Shown here: positions 11,501-18,426 of the stretch, piece by piece | Layout of the letters: every line of letters starts with the position of its first letter | Position numbering within the stretch: position 1 is the stretch's first letter | Source of the DNA: an uncultured virus (IMG/VR IMGVR_UViG_3300006155_000009) | Taxonomy: Duplodnaviria; Heunggongvirae; Uroviricota; Caudoviricetes | Strand: one strand, 5' to 3' | IMG/VR virus record: IMGVR_UViG_3300006155_000009 | Length of the DNA: 31,397 bases | Made by a program: the position numbers and the translations under genes | Notes under the pieces: model-generated | What the model was told of the DNA's origin: nothing | The model's input: only the letters and a program-made list of their open reading frames with translations | Database searches by the model: none

Positions 11501-11959
11501 GGGCTGACGGACTACGCCGATAAATCTTACGATGCCGCTGCCAATATGGCGGGGTATGCAACCGATGGCCTTTCCAACGCAATCTCCACTGTTTCCGATT
11601 TGGTCAATGGCGAGTTCGATATGCAGCCGAGTATCCGGCCTGTGTTGGACTTCACTGATGTGGCCAGAGGGGCCGGGGAACTTAACAACCTGTTTGGCTA
11701 CACAAGAACACTTGCCCTTGCTGGGCAAACCAGTCTGGCATTTAACTCCACCTTGGACAAAGATGGAATGACAGTCACCGTTGACAACGATGGCGTTGTT
11801 CAGGAACTTCGTTCTTTGAGGAGCGAGATGGCAGAGATGACCGCTCGTTTGGAGCGGATGCAGGTTGTCCTGGACACTGGTACTCTGGTCGGTGAAATGG
11901 CCGATCCGTTGGATGCAGCTCTTGGACAGAAACAAGCCTTTAGGGGAAGGGGGATTTAG
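2498..11959 (+). CDS. Tail tape measure protein (3153 aa)
   Basis: Very long Ala/Gly/Leu-rich helical protein with internal repeats, hydrophobic central region, LDSHSPSR/LDINSPSR motifs, directly upstream of Dit and Tal. Confidence 0.96.
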   Translation: MSRTVDERVVEMRFDNKQFESGVQTSLSTLEKLKRGLDLDGAAKGFDQLSTAAKKCDMSAIGRSVETVQAKFSAFEVVAMTALSNITNSAVNAGKRLLSSLTIEPISTGFSEYELKMGSIQTIMASTGESLDKVNQKLDELNKYSDRTIYSFSDMTSNIGKFTNAGVKLDDAVAAIQGVSNVAAVSGANANEASRAMYNFAQALSAGYVKLIDWKSIENANMATVEFKTQLLESAVAAGTLTRTADGMYKTLAKGTVIDATHMFNDSLQEQWMTTEVLTSTLKDYADETTEIGKKAFAAAQDVKTWSQLLDTLKESAQSGWAETWQLIAGDYEEAKTTLRTFSEFFSSIIDGSSEARNSLLQGALMSSWGQLKNRVNETGISVDSFRDTLRETAEGSVEGLDKMIEEAGSFDAALSKGWLTTDILSDTLDNLVSKAAGTQVSISELSDEQLQNIGYTQEQIDALRALSEEAKSSDSNLASLVSTLGRQSGRELLFDSLLNGAKAVQGLFQTIKGAWQDIFPPATSEQLYSFIEALHSTSERIRDFFTQAEEGSDGFTGAINKPLQDIGNTFKGLFAILDIVKQAFSALWRVITPAGSAVGGLLTGVLGLTGSFGEWLVKLDESIKKGDVFYKGLKTIVDVVKGAITAVTGFAAAIGESLGFPGLDGATASVEAFLGTLKEKVGAPGLEKLQVVFDGICTRVKWVKDGIVGMKDSVVDSMGEIDGAVSGNKFVQVLTGIGTLIRQVASAIGGLLGKAIDGLINTLSNANFNGILDFLNALAAGGIIAAINKFIDPVEELENTFTSLKDWVKGLGGGVTKILDGVRGSLEAWQTKLKSDALGKIAASIAVLSVSLLVLSSIDSDKVTGSLAAMGTMFAELIASMAVLDKLSIDGKAANKTASAMIKMGAALLVLSLAMKNIGELEPEQLAEGLIGVGVLLAEIDLFLNTAKFDKNASKSATGMILFAAAIKILSTAVKSLGEMDWDDMAKGLVGVGVLLAEVEIFLNNAKFNGKAVLTATGIVILASAIKVLASACKDFGSMSWGEITKGLASIAALLLEITAFTKLTGDAKHVISTGLALIEIAAAMKIFASAMSDFGSMSGSEIAKGLMAMGGALAEVAIAVNLMPKNMVSVGAGLVVVGAALKIVASALSSMGNMSWEEIAKGLVAMGGALAELAIGLNVMNGTLAGSAALLVAAGALTVLTPVLVILGNMSWEAIAKGLITVAGAFTIMGVAGAVLGSLAPSILAISGALALLGVGSVAIGAGLTLIGTGLTSIAVGLTSLAASFASSGALIVGGLSAIVLGFAGLIPAIAEKIGEAIVAFCGAISSGTPAIGEAVKAIVLTLVDILVECVPAIADGALQLVTGVLASLVTYTPQIVDSVMQFLIEVLEGIARNVPQLVQAAMDVVGAFFAGVLSALSNIDSGSLIQGIAAVGLLTALVAALGAVSGLIPAAMTGVLGMGVVITELAVVLAAIGALAQIPGLEWLISEGGQFLQTVGNAIGGFVGGIVGGFMSGVSSSFPQIGADLSSFMTNVKPFIDGARSINPDMLTGVKALTEAIILITAADLLEGLTSWLTGGSSLSDFAEQLVPFGEAMMKFSNTISGLDGDLVSTAAIAGKTLAEMAATLPNTGGVVGFFVGENDMEEFGNQLSGFGKSMMDFADSIKGLDSNAVQNAAIAGKAMAEMAATLPNTGGAVSFFTGNNDMDTFGDQLVPFGKAIKEYSNAVAGLDADAVVNSATAGKALVELANTIPNTGGAVAFFTGDNDLATFGEQIVVFGKAMKEYSQTVSGLDAEAVTNSATAGAILVELANTVPNTGGLVSFFAGDNDLETFGEQIVPFGEAMKAYSDSITGIDAEAVTASTTAAQALAQLQASLPNMGGLVDFFTGSNDLSTFAEGIIPFGEAMKSYGQSVSGIDAEAITASAVAAQALSQLQATLPNVGGVMEFFTGGNDLGKFSEGLVPFGAAMKSYSDSVAGINAEAITASATAAKSLAELQSVLPNVGGVMEFFTGGNDLGTFAAGIIPFGAAMKSYGEAVADINAEAITASAIAAQSLAQLQTTLPAVGGVMEFFTGGNDLATFAATIVPFGAAMKSYGEAVAEINTESITASAIAAQSLAQLQTTLPQIGGVMEFFTGSYDLAAFGESLIPFGEAMSSYGAAVAGIDAGAVTNSATAGQALVELANTLPKCGGLAEVFTGSNSLAAFGDDIIQFGEDLSAYANAIKDVKPEIVTASANAAQALSNLATGLPDSSLFDKWFGGDQTLASFGKDIASFGTDMGNYYSKVASIDLTKLSGVVAQVWSLVDLAKGIQGVDASGLSSFGNSLKIMANTGISEFTSAFSNSTAEVSKAVQGMLSSVSVSITNGKTLTTPGMESVMKSLADVVTKKATEINNSVTTMMKGVATTIRSSDSSIKSAMQTALSGAVTTVNSLKPQFETAGENAGQGFVNGIRSMLDSSSAAGRSLALAALNAAKKALDSHSPSREFIHLGENMGEGLAIGAKNSIVPASQATSTMIDEVLKVSSKGIDAFQEWAEEKKYYGELSLKDELAGYERLQQMYRAGSEERIKIDREVYRIQNELVASTYQASINWIEEEKYYNRLSTQEELEAYERMQKRYLEGSEERKKIDREVYALRNQLMDESYQHSMDWIEEEKYYNRMSLSDELAAYKRVQSRYAKGTDERKKMDREVYRLEQEIYEAQKQYISDVQSVQSEANQKRLDLEEEYANKVKSINEKLASDIQSLNDKYQSALESRTNSLYQSYGLFDEVKEREEVSGETLMKNLTDQVKEFGEWQDILDSLSARGLDSELVGELQEMGPSAIAQIKALNSMSDSELEKYAALWSIKHAQAREQAVGELEGLRIETQNNIAQLRVDAERELDDYRATWQTKMNQVTIDANRELEELRQAFGEKVGLIKKDTEKETQEMADAAQAILKEAGWDETGKQIVTGIKAGVEEEKPNFLDALTQMALDGVQAVKDTLDINSPSRVFQELGNFTGLGFVKGLTDYADKSYDAAANMAGYATDGLSNAISTVSDLVNGEFDMQPSIRPVLDFTDVARGAGELNNLFGYTRTLALAGQTSLAFNSTLDKDGMTVTVDNDGVVQELRSLRSEMAEMTARLERMQVVLDTGTLVGEMADPLDAALGQKQAFRGRGI
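7379..9330 (+). repeat. About 11 tandem 186-bp (62-aa) repeats inside the tape measure gene
   Basis: LPNxGGxxxFFTGxNDLxxF..PFGxAMKxY units; CCCAAT at 7382, 7568, 7754 (period 186); identical 29-mer at 8630 and 8816. Confidence 0.9.
10091..10610 (+). repeat. Three tandem 174-bp (58-aa) charged repeats in the tape measure C-terminal region
   Basis: WxEExKYY..ELxxYxRxQ..Y..G..ERxKxDREVY with Trp codons at 10091, 10265, 10439. Confidence 0.88.
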
Positions 11960-11960
11960 T

Positions 11961-12767
11961 ATGTATCATTCTATCACATTTGACTTCGGCGAGAAGAACA
12001 AGAAGAACACATGGGATGACTGGCATCTGGTCCCCACTTCTCGGCCTGTTTTTAACCCGCCTGCACAAAAAGTAAAAACTATAGACATACCCGGTGGGGA
12101 CGGCGTCATTGATTTGTCGCAAGCTCTCACCGGGTATCCCGTTTTCCAAAACCGAATCGGTTCTTTTGAGTTCATTGTGCCCAATGGGTTTGAACCGTGG
12201 GAAGCCGGAAAGATCGAACAGACTCCATGGCATTCGGTTTACTCCGAAATTATGGATCTCATTCACGGTCAATCTCTGAGAGCTATCTTAGAAGACGATC
12301 CCGAGTATTTCTACGAAGGGCGCTTCACCGTGAACAGTTGGAAGAGCCAAAAAGACTGGTCTCGCATTACCATTGATTACAGCGTCGGCCCCTATAAATG
12401 GTCGGTGCTGTCATCGATTGACGATTGGCTTTGGGACCCTTTCAACTTTCAAAATGGAGTTATTCGGGCTGCGATCTTCAAGAACATCTCAGTAACTACT
12501 GCGACTACTGCCCGTCAACTGGATGCAAAACTCTTTGGGCGGGCCCCCGTATGCCCTCATTTCCTTGTGACCAGCACAGCAAGGCGAGGAATTCACGTCC
12601 GTTTTGTGAACCCACAGTTGGGGATTGATGAAACCAAATTACTCCATGATGGGACTATCCAGATTCCGGAGTTCGTATTCTTCGGAGATCAGGGAGCTAC
12701 CATTTATCTATGGTGCGATTCCGGTTCAGGGACCGTATCCGTTGACTTCAGACAGGGGAGGTTGTAA
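11961..12767 (+). CDS. Distal tail protein (Dit)
   Basis: Follows tape measure; IDIPGGDGVIDLS, DDPEYFYEGR, PYK motifs typical of Firmicutes siphophage Dit; ATG at 11961 preferred over the ORF-track start. Confidence 0.85.
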   Translation: MYHSITFDFGEKNKKNTWDDWHLVPTSRPVFNPPAQKVKTIDIPGGDGVIDLSQALTGYPVFQNRIGSFEFIVPNGFEPWEAGKIEQTPWHSVYSEIMDLIHGQSLRAILEDDPEYFYEGRFTVNSWKSQKDWSRITIDYSVGPYKWSVLSSIDDWLWDPFNFQNGVIRAAIFKNISVTTATTARQLDAKLFGRAPVCPHFLVTSTARRGIHVRFVNPQLGIDETKLLHDGTIQIPEFVFFGDQGATIYLWCDSGSGTVSVDFRQGRL

Positions 12768-12770
12768 CCA

Positions 12771-15074
12771 ATGTATTCGATTTACGCAGACGGCGTTTGC
12801 ATCTACAGCGATGTGTTTGCGCTCGAAAGCATGAAGGTTCTGAGTCCAAAACTGGTATTGGAAGACAACGGCGCTGGTTCGTTATCCATGAAACTACCCC
12901 CGATGAATGTTGGCTATGAATCCATCATCCGCATGATTACGGATATTTCTGTCCAAAAGGATGGAGAAGAGATTTGGGCCGGACGAGTCCTATCGGAAAG
13001 TAAGGATTTCTGGAATAATCGGGATCTTTACTGCGAGGGGGAAATGGCATTCTTTAATGATAGCTCTCAGCCCCCGGCAGAGTATCGCGGCCTCTCTGTT
13101 CGTGCATATTTGGAACGTCTGATTGCTGTCCACAACTCCAAGGTAGCTGCAAACCGGCAGTTCTCCCTTGGGGCTGTGACAGTAGTCGACAAGAACTTTC
13201 CAATCTATTACACGAACTATGAGAAGACCATGGAAATTCTCAACACCTTGGTCGAGCAGTATGGCGGCCATCTCAGAGTGAGAAAGGTAAATGGTGTCCG
13301 ATATTTGGACTACTTGGCAGAATACCCCGATACATGCAGCCAAGTGATTCAGTTTGGGTCAAACCTTATTGATTTCACTCGAAAGTGGGACTCGACTGAG
13401 TTTGCAACTGTCATTGTTCCTCTTGGTAACCGGCTTGAGGACAGCCCCATTGAAGCTTTGGACGCTTATCTGACTGTGGAAAGTGTAAACCGGGGCAGTA
13501 TGTACGTCCAGTCCAATGAAGCTGTGGCTGCATATGGCTGGATTGAGAAGACTGTCACATGGGACGATGTCAGTGATCCGGCAGTTCTGCTGGAGAAGGC
13601 GAAGACCTATTTAACTGACATTCAGTTCGATAACTTGGAACTGGAGCTAAGCGCACTGGATCTGCATTATCTGGATGTCAAAACCGAAGCGGTAAAACTC
13701 TTGGACGAGATTCGGGTCATATCCCGCCCTCATGGATTGGATCGGATGTTCCCGGTTAAGAAACTGGACATTCCGTTGGACAATCCAGAGCAGACACAAT
13801 TCACCCTCGGTGACGCAGTGAAAACGAGTCTGACCAGCGTGAATAATCAGACCAGCGCCGCCATTCTGCAAAAGATTGAGGCCCTGCCCAAAGCCCACTC
13901 CATTCTCAAAGAGGCGAAGGAGAATGCCACTCAGATCATGAATATGGCCACCACTGGCTATATCACTATCACCAAGGACCAGTACGGCTCGGAAACTCTT
14001 TATATTTCCAATGTCCGTGACTATACAAAGGCCGATAAGTTGTGGAAATGGAATATGAATGGTCTCGGCTACTCCAACGATGGCGGGAAGACTTTCGGTT
14101 TGGCTATTACGATGGACGGTTCTATTGTGGCTGACTACATTACCACCGGCGTACTTAATGCAGATGTTATCCGGGCTGGAGTTCTCAAAGACTACGGTGG
14201 AAACTTTAGTCTTGATTTCGAGACCGGAAAACTGACCATGAAAAAGGGCTCTATCAATATCGGAAACGGTAATTTTACCGTTGATGAGGACGGAAACCTT
14301 TTTGCACGTCGAGGAACCTTCGCGGGAACATTATCCGGCGCTAAGGGAACATTCGGCGGCCAGCTTGTCGCAGCAAGCGGCGACTTCAAAGGTGTTGTAC
14401 AAGCATCCGACTTCCTTGACCGTTATGGTCGGAGCATGATGAGTGGGGATAAGTTTGCCTCCGATTATCTGGACCTGTATGGACTGACCATCCGGAATAA
14501 GAACACTGGAGCCATTACATTCGCGGTAAGCTCCACCGGCGTCATCACCATCAACGGCAACGTCACTATGGGTGCCGGAAGTTCCATCAACTGGGCGCAG
14601 GTGACCAATCAAAATCTGGCCTACAACCCCGCATACTCGCTGGCCGATAGCGCCAGGACAACCGCGAATCAGGCGTACTCACTTGCTGACGATGCCTACT
14701 ACGAGGCTCAGGCCGCCTATAACCGAGCGAACCAGGCTTATAAAATGGCTAATTCCATTGAAATGCCTTGGTATATCAAATCCACTTACATTGATGCTAC
14801 CACCATCAAATCCCCAGTTATCGAAGGTGGGGAATTCTACGGAGGCGAGTTTAACGTCATCGCTGGGAGCAGCTATGGAAGTTTCAACCTGTATGGTCCC
14901 TATGGCAACAGCCGGTATCATATGCTCACCATCAGCTACTACGAGGGCGATGCTCCCTACATCGACATTTACAGTCCTTGTGGCGGCTACATCACCATCG
15001 GTAGACGTAGCGGTGTTGTTTATTTTTCGGGACGTGTAGACTTCAGTGGAGCTACCGTTACAGGTTTGGATTAA
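12771..15074 (+). CDS. Tail-associated hub/spike protein (Tal, prophage tail endopeptidase-like)
   Basis: Follows Dit; IQFGSNLIDF, ATVIVPLG, YGWIEK motifs; WKWNMNGLGYS..AITMDGSIVAD..G.L.A and beta-repeat C-terminus. Confidence 0.85.
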   Translation: MYSIYADGVCIYSDVFALESMKVLSPKLVLEDNGAGSLSMKLPPMNVGYESIIRMITDISVQKDGEEIWAGRVLSESKDFWNNRDLYCEGEMAFFNDSSQPPAEYRGLSVRAYLERLIAVHNSKVAANRQFSLGAVTVVDKNFPIYYTNYEKTMEILNTLVEQYGGHLRVRKVNGVRYLDYLAEYPDTCSQVIQFGSNLIDFTRKWDSTEFATVIVPLGNRLEDSPIEALDAYLTVESVNRGSMYVQSNEAVAAYGWIEKTVTWDDVSDPAVLLEKAKTYLTDIQFDNLELELSALDLHYLDVKTEAVKLLDEIRVISRPHGLDRMFPVKKLDIPLDNPEQTQFTLGDAVKTSLTSVNNQTSAAILQKIEALPKAHSILKEAKENATQIMNMATTGYITITKDQYGSETLYISNVRDYTKADKLWKWNMNGLGYSNDGGKTFGLAITMDGSIVADYITTGVLNADVIRAGVLKDYGGNFSLDFETGKLTMKKGSINIGNGNFTVDEDGNLFARRGTFAGTLSGAKGTFGGQLVAASGDFKGVVQASDFLDRYGRSMMSGDKFASDYLDLYGLTIRNKNTGAITFAVSSTGVITINGNVTMGAGSSINWAQVTNQNLAYNPAYSLADSARTTANQAYSLADDAYYEAQAAYNRANQAYKMANSIEMPWYIKSTYIDATTIKSPVIEGGEFYGGEFNVIAGSSYGSFNLYGPYGNSRYHMLTISYYEGDAPYIDIYSPCGGYITIGRRSGVVYFSGRVDFSGATVTGLD

Positions 15075-15088
15075 AAAGGAGAATCATC

Positions 15089-15460
15089 ATGAAAAAGCGA
15101 TTGAAAAACTCCCGGATGGCAGAGATGATGGTTAATCTACGGCCACTTCTGTCTCATCGGGATAAAATCGGGTATATCGCCGCCCGAAACTACCGTGTAT
15201 TAGGCGAGGCCCTTACTGAATATGAGACGTTCCGCAACAGCCTTATTGAGAAATACGGTGAAGAGATCACCGACGGGCATGGACAGACCACCATTGGCGT
15301 AAAGATCGACTCCCCGAAGTTCAAGGACTTTTGCGACGAGCTGGCCCCGTTCAACGAGATGGAACACGAGGTCGAACTCATGATCGCCAAGTATGAGGAT
15401 GCTATCGGCTGTCTCACCGGCGAGGAGATTCTGGCTGTCGATTGGATGTTTGAGGATTAG
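15089..15460 (+). CDS. Hypothetical tail-region protein (DUF1617-like chaperone)
   Basis: 123 aa, RBS AAAGGAG, helical RNSLIEKYG motif, position after Tal. Confidence 0.6.
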   Translation: MKKRLKNSRMAEMMVNLRPLLSHRDKIGYIAARNYRVLGEALTEYETFRNSLIEKYGEEITDGHGQTTIGVKIDSPKFKDFCDELAPFNEMEHEVELMIAKYEDAIGCLTGEEILAVDWMFED

Positions 15461-15475
15461 GAAGGGGTGAGCTAA

Positions 15476-16759
15476 TTGGCAAACATCAGCACCTATCTGC
15501 AAAAAATCTTATCCGCTATCTATGGCGAAGAGGTGCGTGGTTCTATTCATGACGCTCTCTCCGCTATGAACGTGGAGTCATCCAGCGCCATGGAGTATGC
15601 CAAAACGGCTAAGGATTCAGCGGCCGCATCAGCGTCTACTGCATCAATCAAAGCCACAGCAGCCTCCGCCTCAGCTCAAGCTGCGAAGACTTCCGAAAAC
15701 AACGCTAAAATTTCCGAGACCAACACGAAGACTTCAGAGATCGCCGCCACGAACAAGGCCAATGAGGCCACTACGGCGGCTGCGGAAGCGAAAACCTCTG
15801 AAACGGCTGCCGCCAACTCAGAGTCTGTCGCCACCCAGAAGGCTCAAGAAGCCGCTGATTCTCAGAATGCTGCTGCATTAAGCGAAGCTGAGGCAAAGGC
15901 TGCCGAAGAAAGGGCTAAAACGGTAAGGTCTGAGGTGGAAACCCTTGGCGCTCAAGCTACAGCAGACAAAACGGCCGCAGAAGCGGCTAAAGTTGCTGCC
16001 GAGCTTGCCCGAGACGATGCTCTCGCAAGTCAAAATGCGGCAAAAAGTTCTGAAAATGCTGCTTTGGTGTCCAAGACGGCTGCCGAGCTTGCTGAGGGCG
16101 ATGCTGAGGCCGCAAAGACTGCTGCTTTGGCCGCCAAGGTCGCCGCCGAAGCCGCTCGGGATGCCGCTGACGAAGATGCGGACGCCGCCGCACAAGCGGC
16201 CGCTGACGCTGCTGCCAGTGCTCTTTCCGCTCAGCAATATAGCGGTAAGCCGCCTAAGCCGCAGGATGGAACCTGGTGGATCTGGGACGCTGCTCAGCAG
16301 AAGTATATCGACAGCGGTATTGGTTGTGATTTGGTTGGCCCCACCGGCAACGGCATTGAAAACATCCAACTCACTAAAGGTGACCATACTCCTGGCACTG
16401 CGGATATTTACACAGTGACTATGACGGATGGAACAACCTATAACATTTCCGTTTATAACGGACGGAACGGTACAGGTACCGGCGATGTACTCGGAATCTG
16501 GTTCGATCTGGTGATCCCAGCATCCGGATGGGCCAATGGCGAAATTACTATTGCCGATAGCCGTTTGATAGCCCTGTCCACCCACAAGTATTTTGTCAGT
16601 GCGGACGAGGCCAGCCGTGAGGAATATCTGGAATGCAACGTGCAGCCCAGAGACATCACCACGACTGGTTTTATCACGTTCAAGAACGATACCGACCCGT
16701 CGGAGGATATCACAGTGAATGTGATTCGCTTTGAGCTGTCTGCCAATGGAACAACATGA
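15476..16759 (+). CDS. Tail fibre protein with Ala-rich coiled coil
   Basis: N-terminal AIYGEEVRGSIHDA motif, long Ala/Ser/Glu/Lys stalk, GTWWIWD and GPTGNGI segments, C-terminal domain similar to 18055-18426; TTG start. Confidence 0.8.
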   Translation: MANISTYLQKILSAIYGEEVRGSIHDALSAMNVESSSAMEYAKTAKDSAAASASTASIKATAASASAQAAKTSENNAKISETNTKTSEIAATNKANEATTAAAEAKTSETAAANSESVATQKAQEAADSQNAAALSEAEAKAAEERAKTVRSEVETLGAQATADKTAAEAAKVAAELARDDALASQNAAKSSENAALVSKTAAELAEGDAEAAKTAALAAKVAAEAARDAADEDADAAAQAAADAAASALSAQQYSGKPPKPQDGTWWIWDAAQQKYIDSGIGCDLVGPTGNGIENIQLTKGDHTPGTADIYTVTMTDGTTYNISVYNGRNGTGTGDVLGIWFDLVIPASGWANGEITIADSRLIALSTHKYFVSADEASREEYLECNVQPRDITTTGFITFKNDTDPSEDITVNVIRFELSANGTT

Positions 16760-16775
16760 TAAGGAGGTGTGATGC

Positions 16776-17375
16776 TTGAAGATTGATATTTTGGACACAT
16801 GGGCCGTCATTGTCGAGGACGATACCCTTCGGCAAAACTCGACTAAAACCTATGAGGTGGAGTTTAACTTCGCTGAGAGCTGGGACGGATACTCCAAGAC
16901 GGCCATCTTTGAAGCAGGCCCCGCCAGCGTCATCGTTGCCCTGACGGAAGACCGGTGCACTATTCCGGCCGAATGCCTGAAGCATGGAAGTGTCAAGCTT
17001 AAAGTCGGTGTGTATGGCGTAAAAGGTGAAGAGCGTAAGGGGACCGTCTGGTGCGTCGGCAGCATGATTATCCCGGATGCTACCATGAACATGGGCAGCT
17101 CTTCGGGGAACCCTTCTCCGGATGACGTGTATTCCGAAATTATGGCCGCTATCGGCGATCTCTCTGCCGCCGGCTTCGAGGGTAAGACTTTGGCTGAGGT
17201 CTTCAAGGAGATCAAGAACAGCGTCTGCGAGACAGCAACCGACGAGGAAGTCAAGGATGCTTTGAACACCGCATTCGGCGCAAAAACCGATCCCTCTGAG
17301 CATCCTGAGGAACTTCCCAGTAATACGGCCACTGATAAAGAAGTCAGTGATCTTCTCGACGATGTTTTCGGCTGA
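16776..17375 (+). CDS. Baseplate/fibre adaptor (BppU-like N-terminus) with two ATDxEVxxxLxxxFG motifs
   Basis: RBS AAGGAGG; FxFxxxWDGYSKTAIF..CTIPAECL..VGVYG pattern; duplicated C-terminal motif at 17235-17279 and 17328-17372. Confidence 0.7.
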   Translation: MKIDILDTWAVIVEDDTLRQNSTKTYEVEFNFAESWDGYSKTAIFEAGPASVIVALTEDRCTIPAECLKHGSVKLKVGVYGVKGEERKGTVWCVGSMIIPDATMNMGSSSGNPSPDDVYSEIMAAIGDLSAAGFEGKTLAEVFKEIKNSVCETATDEEVKDALNTAFGAKTDPSEHPEELPSNTATDKEVSDLLDDVFG

Positions 17376-17411
17376 CAACCGCAAACAAATATTTTTAAGG
17401 AGGACATAAAT

Positions 17412-17990
17412 ATGTCTAAGCACACTACTCTCGACCAGCTGAAGATGCTGGCTCAGCGTACCAAGACCGAGATCGACAAGGTCGATACCAAAGTGGACAA
17501 GCTGTCTGAGCGGGTGGATGATATTGCCACCGTTGGCGGCGAGCCCAATGTCATCACCGAGATCAAGAACAACGGCACTGCCCTGGCTGTTGCCAATAAG
17601 GGCGTCGACATCGGCCCTTCCATCGCCGAAGCCGTGGCCGCCGCTGACCACCTGACCAAGAAGAAGGTAACCTCCGTAGCCGACATCGACCCTGCCGCCG
17701 ACGGTGCCGACAAGTTCATCTACCTGGTGCCCAAGACCGACTCTGACGAGGACGACGTGTACGACGAGTACATGATTCTGGACGGCAAGGTGGAGCATGT
17801 GGGTAACACCAAGGTGGACCTGAGCGGCTACGTCCAGAAGGAGGATGGCGCTGGCCTCTACCCCGATGCCGACAAGGAGAAGCTGGCTGGCATCGTGATG
17901 GCCGAGGACGCTGAGATCACCGCCATGCTGGACGAGGTCTTCGGGGCGGCTCAGACTGAACCGACGCCTCCTGAGACCACCGAGCCCTGA
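17412..17990 (+). CDS. Fibre/structural subunit (192 aa)
   Basis: Strong RBS TAAGGAGG, strongly C/G-ending codons, IYLVPK..YDEY..GNTKVDLSGY motif seen in phage fibre proteins; followed by a terminator. Confidence 0.75.
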   Translation: MSKHTTLDQLKMLAQRTKTEIDKVDTKVDKLSERVDDIATVGGEPNVITEIKNNGTALAVANKGVDIGPSIAEAVAAADHLTKKKVTSVADIDPAADGADKFIYLVPKTDSDEDDVYDEYMILDGKVEHVGNTKVDLSGYVQKEDGAGLYPDADKEKLAGIVMAEDAEITAMLDEVFGAAQTEPTPPETTEP

Positions 17991-18000
17991 ACAATCTGAG

Positions 18001-18030
18001 AGGGGATGGAGAAATATCTCCGTCCCTTTT
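18001..18030 (+). terminator. Intrinsic terminator/attenuator after 17412-17990
   Basis: GGGATGGAGA-AATA-TCTCCGTCCC stem (10 bp, one G-U) followed by TTTT. Confidence 0.7.
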
Positions 18031-18054
18031 CGCATTTGAAAGGAAGATAAACGT

Positions 18055-18426
18055 ATGGCAGAGAAGAAACTCAGCACTGTTGAGCAGCTCAAGATGCTTG
18101 CCCTCAGAGCAAAGGCTGATTCTGCCGCCCGTATCGCCGCCCTGGCGGCATTGGTTGCCGATGGTTATGGGCATCTCATCACGGTCACTTTGCCGGCTGG
18201 CAAATGGAGCGGCAGAGCACAGAAAATCGAACATCAGGCCCTTTTGGCGAACAGCGGCTACTGTTACTTTGTCTGCGGCGACGCCGACTGCTACATGGAT
18301 TGCAGTGACACCGGCATCAAAGCGGACAATGTTGTAAAGGACGGTGAGGTTATGTTCCGATGTGAAGTCACACCCGACATAGACCTGACCGTAAATATTC
18401 TTCGACTGGAGGTCGAGACAGAATGA
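18055..18426 (+). CDS. Fibre adaptor protein (123 aa)
   Basis: N-terminus resembles that of 17412-17990 (TxxQLKMLAxRxK); C-terminal domain resembles the end of 15476-16759; ATGA overlap with the DGR target gene. Confidence 0.72.
   Translation: MAEKKLSTVEQLKMLALRAKADSAARIAALAALVADGYGHLITVTLPAGKWSGRAQKIEHQALLANSGYCYFVCGDADCYMDCSDTGIKADNVVKDGEVMFRCEVTPDIDLTVNILRLEVETE

Noticed and set aside
14620..15074. Tyr-rich Tal C-terminus as a second DGR variable region
   Set aside because: No nucleotide similarity to the TR that I could find; would need another template outside the window.
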